This document shows, in pieces, positions 58,501 to 64,000 of a DNA stretch of 64,000 nt (the stretch's first letter is position 1; every line of letters begins with the position of its first letter). Origin of the DNA: Haliotis cracherodii (taxonomy: Eukaryota); NCBI RefSeq assembly GCF_022045235.1, contig NW_027266285.1, positions 3,968,001 to 4,032,000 on the forward strand, given 5' to 3'. Below the pieces are notes generated by a model, which was not told the origin of the DNA, ran no database searches, and saw only the letters and a program-made list of their open reading frames with translations. A program made the position numbers and the translations under genes.

Positions 58501-60789
58501 TACAGGGTGTCCATGGTGTAGTGTTTGTACAGGGTGTTCATGGTCTAGTGTTTGTACAGGGTGTCCATGGTGTAGTGTTTGTACAGTGACTCGATGCCAC
58601 TTATAATGTCCCTGTCCATGGTGTAGTGTTTGTATAGGGACTTGGTGCCACTTATAATGTCCCTGTCCATGGTGTATTGTTTATACAGTGACTCGATGCC
58701 ACTTTCAATGTCCCTGTCCATGGTGTAGTGTTTGTACAGGGTGTTCATGGTGTAGTGTTTGTACAGGGTGTTCATGGTGTAGTGTTTGTACAGGGTGTCC
58801 ATGGAGTAGTGTTTGTACAGGGTGTCCATGGAGTAGTGTTTGTACAGGGTGTCCATGGTGTAGTGTTTGTACAGGGACTAGGTACCACTAACAATGTTCC
58901 TGTCTGTGGTGTAGTGTTTGTATAGGGTGTCCATGGAGTAGTGTTTGTACAGGGTGTTCATGCTGTAGTGTTTGTACAGGGTGTTCATGGTGTAGTGTTT
59001 GTACAGGGTGTCCATGGAGTAGTGTTTGTACAGGGTGTCCATGGAGTAGTGTTTGTACAGGGTGTTCATGGTGTAGTGTTTGTACAGGGACTAGGTACCA
59101 CTAACAATGTTCCTGTCTGTGGTGTAGTGTTTGTATAGGGTGTCCATGGAGTAGTGTTTGTACAGGGTGTTCATGCTGTAGTGTTTGTACAGGGTGTCCA
59201 TGGTGTAGTGTTTGTACAGGGTGTCCATGCTGTATTGTTTATACAGTGACTCGATGCCACTTTCAATGTCCCTGTCCATGGTGTAGTGTTTGTACAGGGT
59301 GTTCATGGTGTAGTGTTTGTACAGGGTGTTCATGGTGTAGTGTTTGTACAGGGTGTCCATGGAGTAGTGTTTGTACGGGGTGTCCATGGTGTAGTGTTTG
59401 TACAGGGACTAGGTACCACTAACAATGTTCCTGTCTGTGGTGTAGTGTTTGTATAGGGTGTCCATGCTGTAGTGTTTGTACAGGGTGTTCATGCTGTAGT
59501 GTTTGTACAGGGCGTCCATGGTGTAGTGTTTGTACAGGGTGTCCATGCTGTAGTGTTTGTACAGGGTGTTCATGGTGTAGTGTTTGTACAGGGTGTCCAT
59601 GGTGTAGTGTTTGTACAGGGTGTTCATGGTGTAGTGTTTGTACAGGGTGTTCATGGTGTAGTGTTTGTACAGGGTGTCCATGGTGTAGTGTTTGTACAGG
59701 GTGTTCATGGTGTAGTGTTTGTACAGGGTGTCCATGGTGTAGTGTTTGTACAGGGTGTCCATGCTGTAGTGTTTGTACAGGGTGTCCATGGAGTAGTGTT
59801 TGTACAGGGACTCGGTGCCACTAACAATGTACCTGTCAATAGTGTAGTGTTTGTACAGGGTGTCCATGCTGTAGTGTTTGTACGGGGTGTTCATGGTGTA
59901 GTGTTTGTACAGGGCGTCCTGTGTCTAGATGTCACTAACAATGTCCCTGTCCATGGTGTAGTGTTTGTACGGGGCGTCCTGTGTCTAGATGTCACTAACA
60001 ATGTCCCTGTCCATGGTGTAGTGTTTGTACAGGGCGTCCTGTGTCTAGATGTCACTAACAATGTCCCTGTCCATGGTGTAGTGTTTGTACAGGGCGTCCT
60101 GTGTCTAGATGTCACTAACAATGTCCCTGTCCATGGTGTAGTGTTTGTTTAGTTATGTGAGTTGTATGTTTCTGTTCCTCACAGGTTCACAGCAATGTCA
60201 AGCTGCAGATTGCTGCTACGTTCTGCATCTCCAACCTGGTCTGCAATGAGGAGGAAGGTAGGCAAAGTACATCTTGCCAGACACTACTTGGAACACAATA
60301 TAGTAGAGAGTAGAGGCAGTTTGCATTTCCTAGCCATATTACAATTTCTTTGAAGCCTGTACTAAAACAGGAACCCAATTCCAGTATTTTCCAAGCTGTG
60401 CCTTTATATCTGTCAAGTGTTGGTTGATGAGTGAATGAGATATACCTGCTGTTTAGGTGCATACAATCGACAGACCCGACTCCGGGACATGGGCGTCCAG
60501 AAGCTCCTGCAGCAGCTGCTGGGTACACAAGACTCCACGCTCTTTGACAAGTAAGTTCAAGCGATGCACAAGGCAAACTTCCTGAGTTGCAGCTGCAGTC
60601 ATATACCAGCATTTTTAGTCTAAAACTTACAATTCATTAACCAGGTAGCAATATTTTTCTCACATACAATTAGAGGCAATCTGTCCTCACCATTTTTAAC
60701 TCACCTGTTAAAAGGCACCTGCTGATATGACTGAACTAATGGATGGTGTTGTTTTCAGGGTGAAGACAGCACTGCAGCAGTTCTCCTAG
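10917..60789 (+). CDS. ARMC8: Armadillo repeat-containing protein 8 (GID5/CTLH complex subunit), complete, 20 coding exons, 660 aa
   Basis: join(10917-10934,18199-18272,18629-18700,19544-19686,19981-20078,22949-23041,23392-23472,42319-42394,42617-42768,42993-43196,45410-45496,45940-46104,48415-48501,55233-55325,55760-55909,57046-57141,57473-57568,60185-60257,60457-60550,60759-60789) = 1983 nt, all GT-AG and in frame to TAG. Recognisable ARMC8 peptides: [103 protein letters not shown]. Confidence 0.96.
12662..12950. mobile_element. Degenerate Tc1/mariner-like MITE
   Basis: Short inverted ends TATAGTCA / TGACTATA and repeated internal GTGTCGGATT-like motifs. Confidence 0.35.
13934..15922. repeat. 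30-bp minisatellite (CCAACCCTACATGTAATAGAGATCTTGCTT), ~2.5 + ~27 units, split by a TIR element
   Basis: Periodicity 30 at 13934-14008 and 15107-15922; accounts for ORFs 14981-15935. Confidence 0.96.
14009..15106. mobile_element. Non-autonomous Tc1/mariner (pogo-like) DNA element, 1098 bp, TA TSD
   Basis: TIRs CCATATTTTCTTGAGTATAGTGCGCAC / GTGCGCATTATACTCAAGAAAATACGG; TA at 14007-8 and 15107-8; subterminal repeat TGTATAATGCGCACCCCC at both ends; no transposase. Confidence 0.88.
17372..17542. repeat. Long near-perfect inverted repeat (fold-back), arms ~65-80 bp
   Basis: GGAGATAAACATACTGTGTTTTCAATGTAGAGCTAGGTTACCTGTAGATTTAACC.TGCTAAATT ... AATTTAGCA.GGTTAAATCTACAGGTAACCTAGCTCTACATTGAAAACACAGTATGTTTATCTCC. 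Confidence 0.93.
18199..18272 (+). CDS. ARMC8: ARMC8 exon 2
   Basis: tttttcag|[26 protein letters not shown]|gtatgt. Confidence 0.85.
18440..18464. repeat. (TA)n microsatellite
   Basis: ~12 TA units. Confidence 0.9.
18629..18700 (+). CDS. ARMC8: ARMC8 exon 3
   Basis: [24 protein letters not shown]|gtgagt. Confidence 0.93.
18748..19490. repeat. 33-bp AT-rich minisatellite (ATTGCCACATATGCTATTTTAGTAAATATTCTT), ~22 units, filling ARMC8 intron 3
   Basis: Periodicity 33; accounts for ORFs 18566-19642. Confidence 0.97.
19544..19686 (+). CDS. ARMC8: ARMC8 exon 4
   Basis: [48 protein letters not shown]|gt. Confidence 0.93.
19981..20078 (+). CDS. ARMC8: ARMC8 exon 5
   Basis: [33 protein letters not shown]|gtatgt. 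Confidence 0.93.
20322..22935. repeat. 25-27-bp minisatellite (TAGTGTCTGGTATGTAGTGTTGATC), ~90 units, ARMC8 intron 5
   Basis: Tandem periodicity with 15/25/27-bp variants and a 50-bp dimer stretch; interrupted by the SINE at 22401-22681. Confidence 0.96.
22401..22681 (+). mobile_element. tRNA-derived SINE with V-domain-like core and (ACTC)n tail
   Basis: A-box-like GGTGGCCCATTCGTCTAAGGCG; B-box GGTTCGAATCC; core GTGGGTTTC...TTTCCTCCCAC; TSD CTAGTGTCTSGTA. Confidence 0.88.
22949..23041 (+). CDS. ARMC8: ARMC8 exon 6
   Basis: [31 protein letters not shown]|gtaatc. Confidence 0.93.
23392..23472 (+). CDS. ARMC8: ARMC8 exon 7
   Basis: [27 protein letters not shown]|gtagga. Confidence 0.93.
23526..24995 (+). 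mobile_element. Helentron-associated non-autonomous element (HINE/pearl-like) carrying ~7 tandem 170-171-bp repeats
   Basis: TTTT start; subterminal IR ATCCCCCCG..CGGGGGATAT; (GTCC/GTCT)n microsatellite at 23569-23608; 170-171-bp core repeats at ~23610-24760. The 3' boundary is approximate. Confidence 0.78.
28136..28300 (+). mobile_element. tRNA(Asp-like)-derived SINE, (ACTC)n tail
   Basis: A-box TAGCCTGGTAG; B-box GGTTCGATTCC; TSD TCATGTTTGAGGG; inserted in the YR of the outer DIRS. Confidence 0.9.
29402..38661 (+). repeat. Four head-to-tail copies of the gag-RT-RNaseH segment inside the inner DIRS (2245, 2269, 2269, 2477 bp)
   Basis: Units start at 29402, 31647, 33916 and 36185; junction GACAAC|CA|CCTCGGG; the ORF track repeats with a 2269-bp period. 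Confidence 0.97.
37400..39130 (+). pseudogene. DIRS RT-RNaseH-methyltransferase ORF, disrupted by stops and frameshifts
   Basis: [14 protein letters not shown], stop at 37566-8, RT core 37611-37991 ending in TGA, RNase H 38575-38883, MT 38890-39126. Confidence 0.9.
39240..40308 (+). pseudogene. DIRS tyrosine recombinase ORF, disrupted
   Basis: [15 protein letters not shown]...WDLSIVL...[20 protein letters not shown]...DVRRTLKSY...ISRWI...[11 protein letters not shown], with internal stops and frameshifts. Confidence 0.9.
40526..40565. repeat. (GT)n microsatellite, ~20 units
   Basis: Direct reading. Confidence 0.95.
42319..42394 (+). CDS. ARMC8: ARMC8 exon 8
   Basis: [26 protein letters not shown]|gtgtgt. 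Confidence 0.92.
42617..42768 (+). CDS. ARMC8: ARMC8 exon 9
   Basis: [50 protein letters not shown]|gtaccc. Confidence 0.93.
42993..43196 (+). CDS. ARMC8: ARMC8 exon 10
   Basis: [44 protein letters not shown]...RTQRK|gttagc. Confidence 0.93.
43729..45407 (+). mobile_element. Heavily deleted DIRS1-type element retaining lITR, ICR and rITR (1.7 kb), ARMC8 intron 10
   Basis: lITR ~43729-43850; ICR ~45097-45172 (halves complementary to each end); rITR ~45296-45407; same family as the solo terminus at 4559-4700. Confidence 0.75.
45410..45496 (+). CDS. ARMC8: ARMC8 exon 11
   Basis: [29 protein letters not shown]|gtagta. Confidence 0.93.
45545..45750 (+). mobile_element. Degenerate copy of the 9389-9656 SINE-like family
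   Basis: cagcaacccatgc...ggtggtcaggcttgctgac...cactggattgtctggtccaga...gctgagtgcggc. Confidence 0.75.
45940..46104 (+). CDS. ARMC8: ARMC8 exon 12
   Basis: [12 protein letters not shown]...[28 protein letters not shown]|gtgaga. Confidence 0.94.
46238..48414. repeat. 69-bp satellite with higher-order structure (~26 units), ARMC8 intron 12; last unit forms the exon 13 acceptor
   Basis: Unit GTGTGGAATGTTGCAGATTTAAAGTTGCATTCAGACCTGCAGTGGTTAGAAGYATCTCAGATGTGATAT; 71-bp variants recur at 692/623/209/71-bp spacing; interrupted by the MITE at 47894-48321. Confidence 0.96.
47894..48321. mobile_element. 5'-truncated copy of the MITE at 2875-3386
   Basis: Colinear with 2970-3386 and ends in the same TIR ...GTCAGTTAACTCCTTGCCTCGGGAAGATG. 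Confidence 0.88.
48415..48501 (+). CDS. ARMC8: ARMC8 exon 13
   Basis: gttgcag|[29 protein letters not shown]|gtatga. Confidence 0.92.
48625..55049 (+). mobile_element. Degenerate DIRS1-type retrotransposon in ARMC8 intron 13, with a ~2.1-kb AT-rich secondary insertion (51180-53285)
   Basis: lITR ~48625-48710 inverted to rITR ~54925-55049; ICR ~54723-54797; Cys/His-rich ORF1 start [22 protein letters not shown] at 48916; RT remnant [14 protein letters not shown]; YR remnant [31 protein letters not shown]. Confidence 0.85.
51989..52163 (+). mobile_element. tRNA-derived SINE (family of 28136)
   Basis: A/B boxes, (ACTC)n tail, TSD AAAATCATACAG. Confidence 0.9.
55233..55325 (+). CDS. ARMC8: ARMC8 exon 14
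   Basis: [31 protein letters not shown]|gtgaga. Confidence 0.94.
55760..55909 (+). CDS. ARMC8: ARMC8 exon 15
   Basis: [11 protein letters not shown]...[16 protein letters not shown]|gtaggt. Confidence 0.94.
56770..56980 (+). mobile_element. SINE (family of 22401) with deletion in the tRNA head
   Basis: Near-identical core and tail to 22500-22681; TSD CATACTCATGCA. Confidence 0.9.
57046..57141 (+). CDS. ARMC8: ARMC8 exon 16
   Basis: [32 protein letters not shown]|gtgtgt. Confidence 0.94.
57473..57568 (+). CDS. ARMC8: ARMC8 exon 17
   Basis: [32 protein letters not shown]|gtgagg. Confidence 0.94.
57680..60149. repeat. 27-bp minisatellite (GTGTTTGTACAGGGTGTCCATGGTGTA) with 54-bp and terminal 60-bp variants, ARMC8 intron 17
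   Basis: Tandem periodicity; accounts for the FVQGVHGVV / TLYKHY ORFs. Confidence 0.96.
60185..60257 (+). CDS. ARMC8: ARMC8 exon 18
   Basis: [25 protein letters not shown]|gtaggc. Confidence 0.94.
60457..60550 (+). CDS. ARMC8: ARMC8 exon 19
   Basis: [33 protein letters not shown]|gtaagt. Confidence 0.93.
60759..60789 (+). CDS. ARMC8: ARMC8 exon 20 (stop)
   Basis: ttttcag|[13 protein letters not shown]; AATAAA downstream at 60873 and 61174. Confidence 0.9.
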
Positions 60790-62987
60790 TCTGCACAGTT
60801 AACAAGATCTGTAGGAAGCATGTGGTAGTCTGATGTTCATCACCATTGTTGCGTGTGAGTGTATACATGTATAATAAACTATTTATGTCATGCAGTCTTC
60901 GCTTTGCGCTCATATTTTCTGGACAAAGGATTTAAAATTCAAGTGTTGAGTTCTAATGGTATAGCCATCAAGCTATTGAGTATCTATGAGTTATGTCTAA
61001 CAGTGTTTCAGTTCATAAGGTTTGTACAAGGAAATATGCTATCTAGGTTCATTCATAATTATTACATGATGATTCACAGCTGCCACTTTGGTTTCAAAAG
61101 AGCTGCTCACGAGACTGACAGTTAAGGACAGACTAACTGGATTACTATCTGCTGATCACGTTTTTGTCATATAAATAAAAAAAAATTAAATAGCTTGGTA
61201 TAGTAAGATTTAATATAAGAAAGATATTTTGATTATATGTGTTCTCTCTAGCTCACTCCAGCAAAAACGTCCCCTGATGTCAAAGGATGGCATTTTAAAA
61301 ATAAAACTATAACCCCATCAAGAAATTATAGTATTAGGCACTAAGTACACTGTAGTCATAATTTATGTATGTACTGTATGTCATTGATTTATTGGTATTT
61401 CAACAAGAGGTATATCAAGGTATATGGGGAACAAAAATCTGTGAAACATGTAGCTTAATTAGCTTTTCCTTATAAACAACAGCAAACACATTTAAAAGTG
61501 TAAAAATAGTAATTTATTGAGACTCTAACACACCAAGTGTAAAACATGAAATTGTATTGCGTAGATATGCGTATGTAAGTCTTTGAAAGGCATTTAGAAG
61601 TGATACTCATAAGGAAGAGAGTTTATGGATGTTGACTAATAATAAAGAAGTTGACATCCATGAAGTCTCTTCCTGATATGTGTATTAATTGTTAGTATGA
61701 AATCAAACATGTTCAGTAATGGATAGGAAAGTGAGATACTTTTGCCAACTTGTCAGCTGTGGAGTAGACTCTGTACATAACTTGAATACATAACAAACTC
61801 ACCATTACAGATTCATAGCCTACTGAAAACCATTCACAAAACTAAGAATGTGGAACTGTTTCCATACTATCAGTATGTGTCAAGTCCTGGTAAGCCCCGG
61901 TTTCTCACATGAAACACTGATACAGTTTCAACATTGCTGCCCCTGGCATCTTCACTAAGTTCAGCCTCGTCACATCCACATCATTTGCTAGCTGTATATA
62001 TTAGAAATCATGGTAATACAAACTTTTCAAATTATATTTCTTACCTTTTGCGAACTTTGACCGACCAATGAAATAAATGACTACCAGGTAACGATAGGTC
62101 AACATTAGCCAATCAGAAAGCTACTTTATCAAGTTTTACGGCACTAGTTTCAAATTGGCGACTTCCATTTCATACTATGCTTTGAAAAATATTGATTCAA
62201 AATTTGAAAACTGAACAAAAGAAAACGCTGGAATATCTAATAGATGGCCGAGATTGTGTGGCAGTATTTCCCAAAAATACCACCGGCTATGGAAATCGCT
62301 TCCAATTTCAAATACGAAGATTTTGATGAAATCAATCATTCAGCCCATAACTGTCTTTTGGAAAACCTAGTGTTAAGCACTGTTAACCTCTTTCAGGATG
62401 CATGATAAGAAAACATATTTCGACTGTCACTTTCCCAATCTGGTGACACTGATAGGTAGGATGAAAAGTCATTCTGATACGACCCATAATGGAATGTCCT
62501 CAGATCTTTGTTCAGCAGTAGTGAGAACTGAGATCTGTTTGAATTAGACTGACCATTAGTCATTACCGGTAATATTTTGAAGTTGAATAACAAATTAGAT
62601 CTTTTTGTTTCTATATATGCACATGCCTCCAGTTTTGCAAAGTCAATACAATGCACAAAAGACGTTATGATCAGTAGAACATATACTTGCTGTCATCTGC
62701 TCCTAGTTTTAACGAATGATACTGTAGAGAAACAAACAAGTAAGCTGTATGTTTAACAAACAATAAACACCACCACAGTGGCAGTTTTGTTGGAGAATGT
62801 TATAACCATGTCTCATATTAAATAATAACATTGTTTTCCTTCTTACTCTTCCAAAAGTGTCTTATTAAGTAAAACAAGAAATCAAAGTGGTTTGTCCAAT
62901 CCATAATACAATCTGAAGCTACAAGTGTCATGTCACCATTGTGAATATATCTTGATCCAAGAACATCTATTACTTTTCTTACACACA

Positions 62988-63154
62988 GGGGCTTGGGTAG
63001 CCTAGTGGTTAAAGCATTCGCTAGTCACGCCGAAGATCCGGGTTCGATTCCCATCATGGGTACAATGTGTGAAGCCCATTTCTGGTGTCCCCCGCCATGA
63101 TACTGCTGGAATATTGCTAAAAGCGGCGTAAAACCATATTCACTCACTCACTCA
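62988..63154 (+). mobile_element. tRNA-derived SINE (family of 28136)
   Basis: A/B boxes, (ACTC)n tail, TSD TTTCTTACACACA. Confidence 0.9.
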
Positions 63155-63546
63155 TTTCTTACACACACTGGAAATTCCAACTTTCCACAAGTACTGATGT
63201 TTTCAAACTTATCTACATATTTTTGCACCAGTAATGGTGTGTGCAGTGCAATGTGGAGTGATAATAAGTGGTTACATACAACATGAGACAGACTAAGTAC
63301 TTTTGATATGGTTTACACAGCTTCGTACTGGCAGAAGTGATAGGAACCACAATGCAACTAAGTATTGCTTGGCTTGAGATTTGTTCCCATGAAGTGTGTA
63401 CTATCACCTGGTGATATACTGACATAAGTGAAGCTTAATAAGTAACTCAGTGAGGTAATTGTCTTATAATGCATACCATTCCCGTGGTGATAAAGTACAT
63501 GAAGTAATGTAGTCATCTATCTGGTCCAGGCCTACTGGCTATACAT

Positions 63547-63705
63547 GGTGAGGTGAGGTGAAATTGGGTTTAACGTCGAATCCAAGATTATTGCACTTAT
63601 ATAGCGACGTGCATGCACGTGTGTGTGTATGGCTTCTTGTGCTAGTCCGGACTGATCCTGATTTATAGTGCTAGTTCACTGAGATACCGTACCGGTCCTA
63701 GGCGG
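63547..63705 (-). mobile_element. 5'-truncated SINE fragment
   Basis: (GGTGA)n tail; core tttatagtgctagttcactgagatacc also seen at ~16470; TSD-like CCTACTGGCTATWCAT. Confidence 0.6.
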
Positions 63706-64000
63706 TCCTACTGGCTATTCATAAAGTCACACCTACACTACACAATTCATGTTTCTCAATGCCATAGATGTAGGTATATCTTGGTCCAAACATGGTCAAG
63801 ACAACACGTCTAATCAGGTTAGTCAATTAATGAACCAATTTAAGTATAACGGTTGATCAACTGAAAATTGAGCTTTTCCAGCTAAAGCACCAATTCTTAT
63901 CTTATAACCCTATTCACCCTAGTATGACCCTTAGAACATTGACAAAAGGGTGCACATATTAAAACCACACACAAGTTAAATTTGTTGTGATTGAGCCGTT

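Noticed and set aside
57666-60152. FVQGVHGVV / MDTLYKHY repeat ORFs
   Set aside because: 27-bp minisatellite in intron 17.

Overview
Eukaryotic (metazoan) genomic DNA, probably a mollusc such as a gastropod; this is inferred from the SINE and Helentron-like repeat styles and is not proven. Two intron-rich housekeeping genes lie head-to-head around a short shared promoter at ~10.7-10.9 kb. DBR1 (RNA lariat debranching enzyme) is on the minus strand, with three coding exons visible and the rest beyond the left edge. ARMC8 (GID/CTLH ubiquitin-ligase subunit) is on the plus strand and complete: 20 coding exons, 1983 nt, 660 aa. The introns hold at least six DIRS1-type tyrosine-recombinase retrotransposon copies or remnants. 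One very young copy keeps its ITR and ICR structure, sits inside an older DIRS, and carries a 4x tandem amplification of a ~2.27-kb gag-RT segment. The introns also contain TIR MITEs, a Helentron-type element with 170-bp repeats, several SINE families, and a different private minisatellite in many introns. Most notable observations: (i) DBR1-ARMC8 head-to-head microsynteny, as in human; (ii) ARMC8 3' splice sites built from repeats, with exon 13's acceptor being the last unit of a 69-bp satellite that supplies ~25 identical decoy acceptors followed by ATT-TAA, and exon 11's branch point and T-tract being the right terminus of a DIRS element; (iii) the nested, internally amplified, coding-dead but ITR-perfect DIRS. 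Most long ORFs in the supplied track are artefacts of tandem repeats.
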